Source: the human T2T-CHM13v2.0 reference genome, Homo sapiens | Direction: 5' to 3' (one strand) | DNA length: 64,000 nt | Assembly: GCF_009914755.1 (NCBI RefSeq) | Contig: NC_060926.1 | Shown here: positions 1 to 15,270 of the stretch, one piece after another | Numbering within the stretch: position 1 is the stretch's first letter | Layout of the letters: the number at the start of each line of letters is the position of its first letter | Translations under genes and position numbers: made by a program | Notes under the pieces: generated by a model | What the model was told of the DNA's origin: nothing | What the model saw: only the letters and a program-made list of their open reading frames with translations | The model's database searches: none

Positions 1-478
1 GCGTGCAGGGAGGAAAAATCACAGAGCCATTACTCCACCACACAATGAGGTACAGATTTTTATATATCCTTTGTCTTAGGGGAAAGTGAGATGGGGAAGT
101 GTGGATGATTTTAAGCAAGGAGAGTAAATGATTGTAGGGAAATGCAATGGGCTTGGAGAACATAAAATGGCCTGGGACAAAGTCTGTTGGGCCTGCAGAA
201 GAGGCAATGGTTTTGAAAAAAGTTTGTCCAGGTATGTTGACAGATTTCAGTCTTTCTTCCTGTCATATGAGTTCAGTTAATGAAAACTCAGGGAAGGGAC
301 CAGAGGTAATTGTTTTCTTCTTTGGTGGATCTGAACTTTAACCAGAAAAGGGAATTTCAGAGACCAACTTCATCCAGTGTTTTGGAAGAGATGGAGGGGA
401 GAGAGACCTTGAGGCTTCTTTTTCAGTTCATCATGTTAAAATGCCATATTTTGGAGTATCAGTTTCTGAGCCCTAACA
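1..478 (-). mobile_element. ERV1-class LTR, MER39/MER34-like (runs off window start)
   Basis: Reverse complement begins TGTTAGGGCTCAGAAACTGATACTCCAAAATATGGCA...GAAGCCTCAAGGTCTCTC, typical of the 5' end of MER39/MER34-group LTRs. Confidence 0.65.
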
Positions 479-689
479 TTGTGTACATGCATGTATATGT
501 GTGTTTACGTGTTCATCATAAATTTAGAGGCTAAATACAACTTTAAGGTGAAACGCTAGGGTGTATGCCTATGATGAATTACTATGGAGCAATTAGAAAT
601 AGATATCTACAAACTAACATGAATGGTTCCCATTAACACAGTTTTAAGTAAAAAAGTATGATCAACTCACCTTAAATCTGAAATGAATA

Positions 690-1376
690 AAGTCAGGTGC
701 TGCATAAAAATATTTAGGTCAACAATCAGCTGTACAAATGTATATGACAGTGGTCCCATAATATTGCAACATCATATTTTACTGTACCTTTTCTATGTTT
801 AAATGTTTAGATACATAAATACTTACCATTGTGTTACAATTGCCTATAGCATTCAGTACAGTAACATGCTATACAGGTTTGCAGTCTGGGAACAATAGGC
901 TATACCATATACCATCAGTCCTCAACCTTTTTGGCACTGGGGACTAGTTTTGTGGAAGACAATTTTTCCATGAACCAGGGTCAGGGTGGGGGATGGTTTC
1001 TGGATGAAACTGTTCTACCTGAAGTCATCAGGCATTGGTTAGAGTCTCATAAGAGGCACACAAGCTAGATTCCTCGCATGTGCAGTTCACAAAAAGGTTT
1101 GCACACCTGTGAGAATCTAATGCCACTACTGATCTGACAGGAAGCGGAGCTCAGGCAGTAATGCTCACCCTTGCCTGCCACTTACCTCAGCCCAGTTTCT
1201 AACAGGCCACGGACCAGCACCGGTCTGTGGACTGGGGTTGGGACCCCTGCCATAGGTGTGTAATAGGCTGTATCATCTGGCTTTGTGTTTGGTACACTCT
1301 ATGATGTCTGCACAATGACAAAATCACCTAATAATACATTTTGTAGAACAAATCCCCATTAAGTGACCCAGATCTA
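690..1376 (+). mobile_element. Tigger3a/MER7-type DNA transposon, interrupted by MER1B
   Basis: GTGGTCCCATAA...TTTTACTGTACCTTTTCTATGTTT...CAATAGGCTATACCATAT, resuming at 1250 with TAGGTGTGTAATAGGCTG...GTACACTCTATGATG. Confidence 0.8.
913..1249 (-). mobile_element. MER1B (hAT-Charlie MITE)
   Basis: Degenerate terminal inverted repeats CATCAGTCCTCAACC / GGTTGGGACCCCTG and internal GAAGACAATTTTTCCA, GAGAATCTAATGCC, GAGCTCAGGCAGTAATGC. Confidence 0.85.
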
Positions 1377-1427
1377 TAATTTAAAATAACAGTGGGAAAC
1401 CAAACTAGTATAATAAACTCATTTCCA

Positions 1428-1782
<355 letters not shown>

Positions 1783-3003
1783 TTAATAATTTCCTGCATA
1801 TTATTTATCTGTTTTTTGTTTTGAATGTTGTATATTTTTCTCAAATGATTACCAATTTCTTAGTTTTATATATTGAACTCTTTATTGAATAAAATCTTTG
1901 ATCTCATTTTATTTATTTTTCCCACTTGGGTAATTGATTAAGAATGTATTCTCTGCTAGGTTACAATAATATTCTCCTGCACATCCTTTTAACTTTATGG
2001 CTTTATATATTGCATTCAGGTGTTTAATTCACTTACAGTGCATATTTGCAATTGGTGCTAGTTGGTTCAGCTTTTTTCGCAATAACAAATAACTTCAAAA
2101 GCTCATAGACTTAAAACAGCAAAAATATATTTCTCATTCATTTGCGTGAAAAGTGCAGGTCAACACTCATGGGCTCTGCCATCATGTTTTCATGTTGTAA
2201 CTAGACTGAAGAGGCAGAGGCAGCCTCTATCTTAGAAATATAACAGCTGTTTTATCAAAATCTGTCCACCTCTAGTCTTTAAACTTCATAAGGTAAGGGA
2301 CAGAGTCTGTATTTTCTACTTTCTGTGAAACCCTTGTTTATATCTTTCGCTCATTTTTCTATGTATTGCTTCTGTTTTATCACAAATTTGAAAGGAAATT
2401 TTAAAAATGTTTCTATGCCAATCTTCTGATGCTTATACGCATTTTCCGTATCTTGCCAACTGTGGCTGGTTTTCTCACTTTGATTATGCCATGTTTTGAT
2501 GAAAAGTTGTTTATATTTAAATGGAGTTGAGTTTATTAATTATTTTCTTCATAGTTATAATTTTTGTCTCACTGAGGGAATTCACGCTATTCAAAAATAA
2601 CAAAAATTATCTAATATTCACTAAAAGAGATTTAAAACTTTGCTTTTTACACTTAGATCTTATATCCACATAGAACCATTTATTATTTAGCTGTTTTAAT
2701 TTGTTTTGGGAATATTTGTGTGGGGAATGAGATAGAAATCGAATAAACTATTTAAAAGACTAAATGGATGAGATCTATTCATAAAATGATTCAGTGCTAT
2801 CTTATGATGTATAGAATAAAATCCAAACTCTTTTTCTTTCCTACAAGCGCTGAATCCTCTGGCCTACCATTCACACTCCAGTTCATTCCATTAATTCCCT
2901 TGCTTATTTTGTCACTATCTGTGGCTTTAATTCAGTTTTTCAAGTATTAACCACTTTCTTTTCTCTTTCCGTATTATCCATCTCTTACCCAAAGACTTCC
3001 TGG

Positions 3004-3342
<339 letters not shown>

Positions 3343-4346
3343 TAAATTGTCATTTCCCTTCAATTTCTGAAGCTAGTTCTGTTTTTTACAGAACTCTTAT
3401 TTTTTTCCTTTATTTTTTGTTCATTTCATTATTACTGATTTCTCTTCATTGTACTCAAGCTTCATGAGGCAGAAACCATATACATGTATATTTTTTACTT
3501 TTGCTCCTTGAAGCCCATCAAATTCCTGGCATTTATAGGTGCTGAACAAATGAACAATTGAATTATGTGTCCTCATTTCCTTCTTACTTTCATCTAATTA
3601 ATCATCATATTGCCTAGGTTCAGTATCTTCCATATTCTCACATTAGTCCATTTTTGTTAAAAACTTATGGGCACTGTCTTATTATATAAATCTATGCTAT
3701 TTCTTATTGCTACTGCCATATTATAGATCTACATTATTTATTAAATTGTAAGCTGTTTTTTTCTCTTTTACCTTTCCCTTCTACAGTTCTATTTCTACAC
3801 AATAGATCTTCCTAATTTTCTAACTGCATGGCTTTTCTGGTTATAATTCTTTAACTCTTCTTCATTTGCTTCAAGAAAAAAACCTAAATTTGTAATATGT
3901 ACACAATATTCTGTTGATTCAACATTCTATTCCAGCTACCTTCTCATTTCTTCCACTTTTTACTGCATAATTTTGTAAACGTTTTTGTAAATATTTATTT
4001 TATTTATATTATATATAAAATATTTATATTAAATACAAAACTTTATGTTTTGTATAAATAAACATTGAGTTCTATTATCTTTTTCGCATCACCAAATCTC
4101 TTTTCCTTTCTCTCTGTGTGTGCATATATGTGTATATATAGTTTTTATTGATTGATTGATTTGTGGAATATTTCATGTATACATGAAAATGTAAAGAATA
4201 ATAAGATGAACTTCTTGTACCCATCAAGAATTAGTGACTTGTAGCCAATCACACTTTATATATGTCCACCCAACTATCTCAAAATACTGGATAATTTTGA
4301 AGCAAAATCAGACACTTTATTTCATCTATAAATACTTTGGAATGCA

Positions 4347-4865
<519 letters not shown>

Positions 4866-4894
4866 TGGAATGCATTTCTGAAAGAGAACTTTTA

Positions 4895-5670
4895 GGGCAT
4901 AATTTACATATACATAGTAAAGTACACAAATCTTAAGCAGCTTGATGCATTTTTACATATGTATACAATTATATAAACAACTTACATCAGGATATATAAT
5001 AGACCATTTACACCATACTGCAATTTTTTTCATGGTTCTTTCCAGATGGCATCCTCTATGGGTAACCACTATTCTAACTTCAATGAACATTGGTTAATTT
5101 TGCCTTTATTAAGACTTTATTAACCTTAGAGGAATGTAATCTAATGGCATCTCTATGGTGTCTGGTTTCTTCCATTAACATAATATTGCTGAGATGTATC
5201 CAAGTAGTGGGTGTTAGTAATTTATTCCTTTTTGGTGTTGAGTAGCATTCCATTATATACATATGCCACAATTATGGTGAAAGGCATTTATATTCTTCCT
5301 AATGTTTGCTTTTTATGAATAAAGCTGATGTGCACATTCGTGTATGAGTCTTTTGGTGGATGTATGCTCAACAAAGTGGGGACATGTTCAGGCATATTAT
5401 ATATTACAAAACCATTTTCCAAAATGGTTGAAAAATTCACGCTCCCACAAGCAATGGATCAAAGTTCTAGCTGATTCACATTTTCGACAACATTATTAGT
5501 CCTCTCAATTATAGCTATTTTACTGATTTATATTGATATCTCATTGTGTTTTGATTGAAACTTTTCTAATAAATTGTTTGACCATGATACATATGCTTCT
5601 CTGACATTACTTCTGGATTTGTGCTAATTACAAATAATGTGGCATGCACATTCTTGTACATCTTTTTACT
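4895..5670 (-). mobile_element. Old L1M (L1ME-like) 3' region
   Basis: Reverse-strand ORF 5080-5271 (MWHMYIMECYST...) resembles the L1 ORF2 C-terminus; degenerate 3' UTR. Confidence 0.6.
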
Positions 5671-7246
5671 TGGTGCAGTTACCAAATATCCACCTGATCC
5701 TAGTGATTAATTTGCAGCTATGCCTACTACAGATCATAATTTCTATTCTTATCTTTAGCCTGGATTTTATTATCTACACTTGGCCCTAAGACTCTCTACT
5801 TTAGCTTGCTGATTTCAGCAGATTTCTGTGTCTCTCAATCTGTATTTAGCAATGAACCTTTCCCTAATTCTAGCATCATCCATACCTTCGGCAAAATGCA
5901 AAGCTTCATCTGCACTACAGTCCTACCATCTCACCATCTTGGCATCAGAAACAATGGCGAATAATCTGCAGAATATTATGAGAATCATTGGGTAAAAATA
6001 AAAGGATGGAGAAGGTTTTAATAGAGAAGGCAAAATATTATCATGGAAGAAAACAGCAGAGACACGTAATAGAGTAGAAATCAGCTGGAGAAGTTTATAT
6101 TGCATGTGTTGAGCTCATCAGAAAGATGATATGTTTGGTAGATGAAAGAAGAGACTAGTTGGTAAAATGTCTTGAAAATTGATCAGTTTCGTTTTGATTT
6201 AATAGCAAATAGTAATCAGCCATGAAAGTTCTCAAATTCAGTTTCTTCCATGAACATATTTTACATGATAGTTTTTCTTATTTCACAAAAGCATAATCAA
6301 TTATTAAAATTTAAATGTAACTATGAATACATACTGTAGTAAAATATTTCTTTCCTTGTATAAAGCAAATCAATAATTTTTAGAATTAAATATTTTCTAT
6401 TGCACCTTTCTTAAAAAAAGAAGTCTTGATCCATATTTTCTCAGTGCCTAAGTAATATATTAGGTGTGTGAATTAACTTTCTAGATTAATATTGGTAGAT
6501 GCTCTGTACCTCCTCCTGTGAAATTTATGAAGATTAAGTCCATTCACTCACAGCACCTGTGTTAGTAAGAACATTTTAAAATTTTCTCATGCACTGTTTA
6601 ATTTAATGATTTACTTTTTATAAAGGAGAGTGCTAGTAGGTATTATTGTCATTTTATATCTGATGAAGAAATTACTGAAATTAACTTAGCCATTGAGGAC
6701 AAGGCTTAGATGCACACCGGAATCTACTGATTCAAAACCCATACCTCTGTCTAATGTGAGTTATCTGCCCTCTTCACTGCATGATTTCCACTCATGTGCA
6801 TTCTAAAATACATCTAAGATACAATTGGGATTCTATCTAGGAGGGTTTCATTTTATTTTTCCTGCAGATTGCAGGGAATACTTGTTTTCTTCTCTGGAGA
6901 AAGTTGATAATTTGTCAGGTGCAACTGCCTCCGATTTTAGGAAGTCATTTAAGTAATTTCCCTTCCATTAAGGCTAATAAGAACCTTCCCTACTTGTTTA
7001 ATTTTGTGCTTTCTGGACTTCAATCCATTTACAATACTTTAGAAAGTACTAAATTTAACTGTGATCCTTTATAGTGTGAAGTATAATTTTTTTTATAATG
7101 TTATCTATTAAGAATTCTTGAGACAACAGGTTCAAATCTATGCCCATCAACTCTTTCTGGTTTTGTTTTTTCTGAGTGTGTGTGTGCGTGTTAGGAGGGG
7201 AGCAGGGAGGTGGTGTTCACAACCATGATAGATATTATACTTTCCA

Positions 7247-7778
7247 TTTTTTATTCTATTATTATTATACTTTAAGTTTTAGGGTACATGTGCACAACGT
7301 GCAGGTTTGTTACATATGTATACATGTGCCATGTTGGTGTGCTGCACCCATTAACTCGTCATTTAGCATTAGGTATATCTCCTAATGCTATCGCTCCCTC
7401 CTCCCCCCACCCCACAACAGTCCCCGGTGTGTGATGTTCCCTTCCTGTGTCCATGTGTTCTCATTGTTCAATTCCCACCTATGAGTGAGAACATGCGGTG
7501 TTTGGTTTTTTGTCCTTGTGATAGTTTTCTGAGAATGATGGTTTCCAGCTTCATCCATGTCCCTACAAAGGACATGAACTCATCATTTTTTATGGCTGCA
7601 TAGTATTCCATGGTGTATATATGCCACATTTTCTTAATCCAGTCTATCATTGTTGGACATTTGGGTTGGTTCCAAGTCTTTGCTATTGTGAATAGTGCCA
7701 CAAGAAACATTCGTGTGTATGTGTCTTTATAGCAGCATGATTTATAATCCTTTGGGTATATACCCAGTAATGGGATGG
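7247..7778 (-). mobile_element. L1PA2/PA3-like 3' end (~530 bp)
   Basis: Near-consensus L1 3' UTR (TTATACTTTAAGTTTTAGGGTACATGTGCAC...) and ORF2 C-terminus (WNQPKCPTMIDWIKKMWHIYTMEYYAAIK). Confidence 0.95.
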
Positions 7779-8058
7779 GAGGTGGAGTCTCGCTCTGTCC
7801 CCCCAGGCTGGAGTGCAGCAGTCGGGATCTCGGCTCACTGCCAGCTCCGCCTCCTGCGTTCACGCCATTCTCCTGCCTCAGCCTCCCGAGTAGCTGGGGA
7901 CTACAGGCTCCCACCACACCCAGCTAATTTTTTTGCATTTTCAGTAGAGACGGGTTTCACCGTGTTAGCCGGGATGGTCTCGATCTCCTGACCTTGTGAT
8001 CTGCCCGCCTCGGCCTCCCAAAGTACTGGGATTACAGGCGTGAGCCATCGCACCCAGC
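7779..8058 (-). mobile_element. AluY without poly(A), fused directly to the L1PA fragment
   Basis: GTTCACGCCATTCTCC and GTTAGCCGGGATGGTCTCGATC; junction TGGGATGG|GAGGTGGAGTC has no T-run. Confidence 0.95.
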
Positions 8059-9239
8059 TGGGTATTGTACTTTCAAAGAGAAAAGCAATAAAAATAAAAG
8101 AAAAATAAAAGCAGACGATCTTTTAAAAGATCTCTATAAAAATTACATAAGTCATTTTGCAGAAATTATTGTAAAACTGGTTATTCATCTCAGAGACTTG
8201 ACTTCAAAACAAAAATGAAGAGCCTGAACATTATCCACTGAATTTTTCCATTCTGAAAATTAAAGCCAGAAAAATCCCAGATCACTGGAAGCCTTTTTGC
8301 AGCTATCAGCTTGATTCTATGTTCTAAATTACTGGAACAGTGATTTATAGTGACTATTTCTAACCATTTCACTTACTTTTGGCTAAATTGTCTTTGCTTT
8401 AGAGCAATGGTAACCTCTTTGACTGTACATCTAAAATTCTGTTTTAAGTATATCCCAATTCTTCTGTGCCTCTGTTGCCATCTCAGTTTTCCAAGCTTTT
8501 GTTTTCTCTCCCTGTTTTCCTCTTCGTGGTCTTTTAAATTTATTTTGAATGCTATATCTTCTGGATGCTAAGTTGGTTTTCTTACATACCACAGTGACTA
8601 GCCAGTCACCCTCTTGCACTCATGAACAGCAATCTATTGAGTTCCATGTATCACTAAACATCTTTCCTAGTGCTGTTTCAATCATATTCATGTTATATTG
8701 CTTTCTATTATATAGGAGCTGTCCCCTCTGGGCATTTTCTGCCCATCTCCCCCACTATTTCCTTTTCACTCCAAACTGCCACTTTATATGTCTCTCATCA
8801 TTAAATGTGTAGATTGATCTTACTTTCTTTCAGAATTTCTTGACTCAGCAAATTGAGTTTTGATCTTTAATTCAGCTTTTAATGATGGTAGTGATGGTGG
8901 TGTTCTGGTGATGTGTATGCAGGTGTATTTTATTCATAGCTTCTTCAGGTTTTAATTCTCTAAACAAAATCCCCTCTGCCTATTCATAATCCAGCCAATG
9001 TAATCCCCAGGGGCACAGAGAAAGCAGCCTTCAATTAGGGATTAGTCAGGCCAGGTCATGGTTGGCTAAGGCTCCTGGCTGAGCCTCCTACTAGATCCCG
9101 CTGTCACTCTCCTACTGTTGTAATTATGGCCACTTTTATTTAAATACCCCTGCCATTTTATTTCAAAGTTATTGGCTGATTTTTTATTTTCCCTTTCTTC
9201 CCTATATTAATAATATTTTTAAATATTTTACTGTTAAGT

Positions 9240-10363
9240 ATTGAGGGAAATCAAAGTATTTCACTGCAAAATATACTTCTTTGACAAATTTTGAGAAGTT
9301 TGTTAAGAGGACCTGCAAACAGAAGTAGCCCTGCAAAGCTGTCCTTTTGCAGGGAGATTTGCATCTGTAGAGAAAATCTGGCTTGATGTAGCCAGGTTTT
9401 CTCTAAGGTCTTCCCTTTTCTTAATGTAGGAAAGATTGACTGAAAGTTTAACACTTTTGAAAATCTGAAAGAAACACTTACCATCTATTCTCTCCGAGGG
9501 CTGCTTTCTGTGAGATTTCGTCTACATAACCAGACCACTTTTGCTGGCCAGACCTCCTGTTCTCCCCATCCCATAACCTTTTTATCACCATAACCTGTTT
9601 TGCCATGGTCCAAGCTTTTTTCTGTAACCTTGCTACAGGAAAAGGGTCCCAATCCAGACCCCAAAAGAGAGTTCTTGGATCTTGCGCAAGAAAGAATTCA
9701 GCGCAAGTCTGCAGTGCAAAGCAAAAGCATGTTTATTAAGAAAGTAAAGTGGTGAAAGTACAGATTCTCCATAGACAAAGTAGGACATTCCTGAAAGTAA
9801 GAGGAAGAACGCGTCTACCCTAGGTACAATGCTTGTATATATATAGGATTAAAAAAAGATCATGAGGAGATGTGCTCTGTTACAAGGTTTTGTGGTGAAG
9901 AATTAGTTTTCTTAATTACTATATTTTGCAAGAATCAATATTATTATCTTTAAAGTAAAATTAGGAATCTCTTTGTTCTCAAGATATCGGGATATCTGGA
10001 CACTCCCAAGTCTGGGTCTATTCAGTAAACATTATCAATCGGTTTCCTTAACCATAAACATCTAGAGGCCAGGAACACCTTTCTTCCAGGGAATGCAGCC
10101 CAGCAAGTCCCAGCCTCATTGTCCTAGCTCCCACTCAAGATGGAGTCACTCTGGTTCGAACGTCTCTGACAACCTCATGATGATAGATACATTTCTGTAC
10201 CCCACTAGGGGTTGGGGGTAGTCATGCTGTGGTTCTCCCTCATGTGTTGTCCCTCCCACCTTAATAAATTTGTGTGCCATTTCTCCCATTAATTTCCTTT
10301 TGTAACTTGATTTTTCAGTGACCCTTCAGAGGGCAAAGGGGAAGTTTTCCCTTGGCTCCTATG
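9240..10363 (+). mobile_element. ERV1-class LTR (MER34/MER49-like group), interrupted by MER41
   Basis: AAAATATACTTCTTTGAC...GCCCTGCAAAGCTGTC...GATTTGCATCTGTAGAG; 3' part has AATAAA and ends CTTCAGAGGGCAAAGGGGAAGTTTTCCCTTGG. Confidence 0.6.
9631..10171 (-). mobile_element. MER41 solo LTR (C/D-like)
   Basis: TG...CA ends; reverse complement starts TGTCAGAGACGTTCGAACCAGAGTGACTCCATCTTGAG; 4-bp TSD ACCT at 9627 and 10172. Confidence 0.85.
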
Positions 10364-11670
10364 GCATGTTTTTTGTTTAAAATAAAAGTCAAAAACATTG
10401 ATTAAGTTGACAGTCCATTGGTAAGCATGTATTAATAGCATGTTTTTTTCTATGTGATTTTATATTTAGGAATCTGGATGAATACCATACTATTTGAAAA
10501 AATAAATTTAATGGTTACCAAATTGAAGAATAAAGAAGGTTAAATCTTGGTAAGCTATATTAGATATACTGTAGGGGATTTCAATCCATTTTTATGGGTT
10601 TGTTTGGTTTAAATGGAGTGTTTAGTTAATAATACTTTGAATCGTGCCTTCTATTTTATTTACTCACAGATAGCTACACCATTAAATGCTCTATTTTTAG
10701 GAGATTTGCTATTTAGACTAGTAATAAAATGTCCAGGGTAAATGGAGTTTTCCACTAGGAAACATATTTTTATCCACTTATACATATCAAGTTATTAGCT
10801 AATAAGCTAATAATAGGTGATAACATATTGAAGAATGTAAATGAGAAACACTAGGTTTCATTTTGGAGAAGTAAAGACATCTCTTGTTTCATATTGTTTT
10901 ACAATTGAAACCACAGATTTATTTACTTAAAAAAAATTAATAGCCATTTTCCCTATGGCGCTTCACAGAAAGTTACCCATTTGTAACACTTCTTTCAGAA
11001 TGTTCTCCACAATCAATATTTTTTATGGGTGGAACTATGAAAACCAAGAATCAATAGTTGATTATAATAATAATGACATTAGTAATAAAAGTTGCAATGC
11101 TTTATGTAAATACAGTGACTTTTTTATTGATCTCAAAACTGCTTGTGTGTGTAATTATAATATTGGCTGATTCATTCATATTAAATACCTATAGCAAAAA
11201 TAGAATGAGGGCTTGAAGTCATTGGCGAATATTTCCATATGAAATGTTATGTCTCTTATCTTTAGTTTAGATATGGATATTTATGTTTAATTTTTTTTGA
11301 ATTAGCAAACATGTAGTAAAACTAACAGGTGTTCAAATAACATTCAGAGGGGAAATGTCACTATTAATATGTTTTACACATAAAATACAAATATCTACAT
11401 GTTTAAGTGCCCTAGGATAAGTTATTATAATTTTTCTTTTTTCTCTCTCAGAATTATATCTTCTTTAAATTATTGATTTCCAAATATTTCTCTTGAGCCA
11501 AGACACCACGCTGAATTCCACCTGCCTACTTTGTGTCATCACTTAGATATCTAATAGATATTTTAAACTTAACATGTGCAGATATAACCTTCTGAACCTG
11601 TTTCTTTTTTGCCTCAGTAAATGACAACTCCATTTTCCCAGTTAACTTGGTTCAAAAATCATAAAATCAA

Positions 11671-11744
11671 CCACCAATTGATCACAACCTGTTACAGATT
11701 TCTTTGTTCCTTCTTCGCGCTCACTGCTCCACTTGACTAGCCTT
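11671..11744 (+). pseudogene. RNY3: 5'-truncated Y3 RNA retropseudogene with A-rich tail
   Basis: AATTGATCACAACCTGTTACAGATTTCTTTGTTCCTTCTT...CACTGCTCCACTTGACTAGCCTT matches the 3' ~70 nt of hY3; followed by GAAAAATAAAAATTAAAA. The symbol names the parent gene, not this copy. Confidence 0.9.
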
Positions 11745-11746
11745 GA

Positions 11747-12061
<315 letters not shown>

Positions 12062-14019
12062 TAAAATGATGGAATCATTATTGGATTTTATTTTTCTCCA
12101 ATACCAAATATTCTAATATTTAGGGAAACCTATTGGGTTTCTTCAGAGTGTATGCAGTATCTGACCACTTCTCACCATTTTCATTTTTAACCACTTATAG
12201 TCCAAGCTATTATTCCATATCACCTAGATTATTACAGTGATCTCCAAACTGGTTTGCCTGCTTATCCCTGTGTTCCCCTTCACCCCCAGCCAAATCTATT
12301 CTCAATACAAAAGCCAGAGTAATTCTATTAAAATATATGGAGATCATTGTACTCCTTGGCTCACAAAACTCATTGGCTCTTTATTTAACTTAAAATAAAA
12401 GCTGAAGTCCTTCTAATTACCAACAAGACCTTACATGACTTGGAGCCCTGTTGCTCTCTGACCTTATCTGCTAATGCTCTGCCTCCTTGCTCACTCCACC
12501 CCTTACTGGTTTCCTTGACTTGATTTTAATAGACTAGGTAATTCCATTCTCAGGGCCTTTGCACTTGCCATTCCTGCCACCTGGAATAATCTTCCCTCAA
12601 ATATCTATAGGCATTTTTTCCTCACCTGCTTAAGTTCTTGTTCATATGTTAGTTTCTTAGTGAGCTCTTTCCTATCTAAATATTGTAAACATCTCTGACA
12701 CCTCCTATCTACATTTTGTGCTTTTTTCTCCTTAGCACATATTTTTTAGTTAGGTTTATTGTTCTCTGCCTCTTCTCTAGAATGCATTTTTTTCTGTGAA
12801 GGCAGAACTTTTTTCTTTTTCTTTTCATTACTGTAGCTCCAGTTCTTGATGCATAATAGATGCTAAGCAGTATCTTGTGAATGCATGGATGGTTCTTCCT
12901 ATTCCTCTCCCTATAGGAATAAAAAATTTGGAAGTAGGCGAGAGAACACTGCTTAGTGAATATAAACTAAGAATGGAAGTACTTATCTCAAAGGTTTCAA
13001 ATAGAAACTGATGTTATGATGAATCATTCTTTCAATCTCTTTGTCACACAGTGTGGTCAGGGAGCAAGAGCTCCTCTAGGTTTGGGAACAGGATAGCAAT
13101 CCACTCTAAAATCCCATCCTCCTGTTGTGTTGGGAGAACATTTTGAATTGAGGGTATGGTAAAATACTGTTTCCCAAACAACTTACTCATTGAAACATTG
13201 TTGGCTGGGGTGTGTGTATGTAAGGGAGAGTAGAACATTCTGGAATTATATGAAACTAAGTCTGTTTTGCTAAAACAAAATGAAAGTTCTCAGCATTCAC
13301 TAGGATTTTTAACGTCCTGCAAGTGATTGATTAAGCTTTTCCAACAACTGATTTTTGTAACAAATTTCATTTAAAGGGATACAAATGGCATAATAAGATA
13401 CATGATATATCTTTTTATTTTCCTGTATTACTTTGTATCTCTCAGTGCTACCCAGAAGACAGTCACTGATGGTAATCAACAGGCTTCTGTCACTCTGAGA
13501 GATAGAAAGAGTGGATGCAATTTACTTTAAATTCTTTTTAAACCAACCCTTGATGCCTGGCTTATTGCAGATACCTGGCCCTTTTGGCTATCAGTCCTTC
13601 AGAGGCATCAGAGAATAAATACCCATCACAACAGCTCCTGGTGTTGTCCTGGGATAGTGGATGCCGCTTTCTTGAAAACTGGGTATTCCATCTGTTGATA
13701 AGGTTGACCACAAATGTTAGCAATAGTCCCACATAGGTCATTATAATATTTATATCTTAAGTGTGATTAATCTTCTTCTTTCAGTTTATCTGTGAAACTC
13801 TCTTATGCTTTTATAAGATATTAATGGGGCATTAGTATAATCTTAAATTAAGATTGGTTAATACTGCACTGTTGGTACATAATTTATGCTTTTAGCAAAG
13901 ATGGCTTGTGATGTAAATATTGCTTAAAAACATCAATACAGGACTTCCTGGAAGTTCCATAACATTTTACCCAATGATGGGGTAGAGGTTAAAAGGAGTA
14001 ATCAATGATTTCTTTGATT

Positions 14020-14170
14020 TTTCTCACTGCTGAGGACTATCCTAAGTGCTTTATATACATTTACATTAATTCTTAAAACAATCTCTCAAGATTGGTATTA
14101 TTAGAACCACTTTATTGATAACTAATCTGAGAGTCTCAGAGTGGTTAAGTTGATTTACCCAAGGTCAAGT
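14020..14170 (-). mobile_element. MIR fragment
   Basis: CTAAGTGCTTTATATACATT...CTCAGAGTGGTTAAGTTGATTTACCCAAGGTCA. Confidence 0.65.
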
Positions 14171-14387
14171 TGACAGACGGTTTATCTGCAAATACTTACT
14201 GAACATATACTATGGGTACAGTTATTCTACTGAGATGATACAGACAACAAACAGAGTTGCAATCCTCATGTCTTGCCAGATGATAAAAACCCACCTACAG
14301 GAGTACCAAAATTGTTATTATGAATTAATAATGTATTCGTATTCTTGAGATTTTGCTCATTGTAGCTGTCATTTAAAACAAACTTTA

Positions 14388-14705
<318 letters not shown>

Positions 14706-14879
14706 AACTTTATTTTGCAAGTGTAGACATGACAATGTATTAACTTAAATTAACCTGATAACTTTAGCCAAATGTTTATTGTGTTGTGTTATTTAACGTT
14801 AGATAATATTAGTTTGTTTTGTGTAAATAGCTGCAATTACACATTAAACAAGAATGCAGGACCAGCCTATAACTGTAGC

Positions 14880-15270
14880 TAATAGCATATATATATTATG
14901 TTATAGGGTTTACAAAATGATTGTTACTTTTTGCAGTATCACAATAATCCTATGAAATTAGTCCATTTTGGGGGTGGGGGCAAGGGGAGGGATAGCATTA
15001 GGACAAATACCTAATGTATGCGAGGCTTAAAACATAGATGATGGGTTGATGGGTACAGCAAACCACCATGGCACATGTATACCTACGTAACAAACCTGCA
15101 TGTTCTGCACATGTATCCCAGAACTTAAAATATGATAATAATAACAAAAGAAATTAGTCCATTTTACCGATTAGGAAACTGGAGATCAACTTGGTTAACA
15201 AATGCTCAAAGCCATGTACCATTAAGTGGAAGAGGGGGATTCAAACCCAAGCCCTCTGTGCCATTTTTCT
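14880..15270 (-). mobile_element. MIR, interrupted by an L1 3' end
   Basis: CACAATAATCCTATGA...CCATTTTAC.GAT.AGGAAACTG...GGATTCAAACCCA. Confidence 0.7.
14970..15149 (+). mobile_element. L1PA7/8-like 3' end (180 bp)
   Basis: L1 3' UTR; perfect 16-bp TSD GAAATTAGTCCATTTT at 14954 and 15150. Confidence 0.9.

Noticed and set aside
10670-10737. Exon-like segment on + (cag|ATAGCT...CCAGG|gtaaat; IATPLNALFLGDLLFRLVIKCP)
   Set aside because: Plausible splice signals, but no recognisable protein or partner exons; expected by chance in AT-rich DNA. Needs RNA-seq or conservation data
13575-13692. Exon-like segment on - (branch-like GCTAAC, CAACAG acceptor)
   Set aside because: Weak polypyrimidine tract and donor; peptide not recognised
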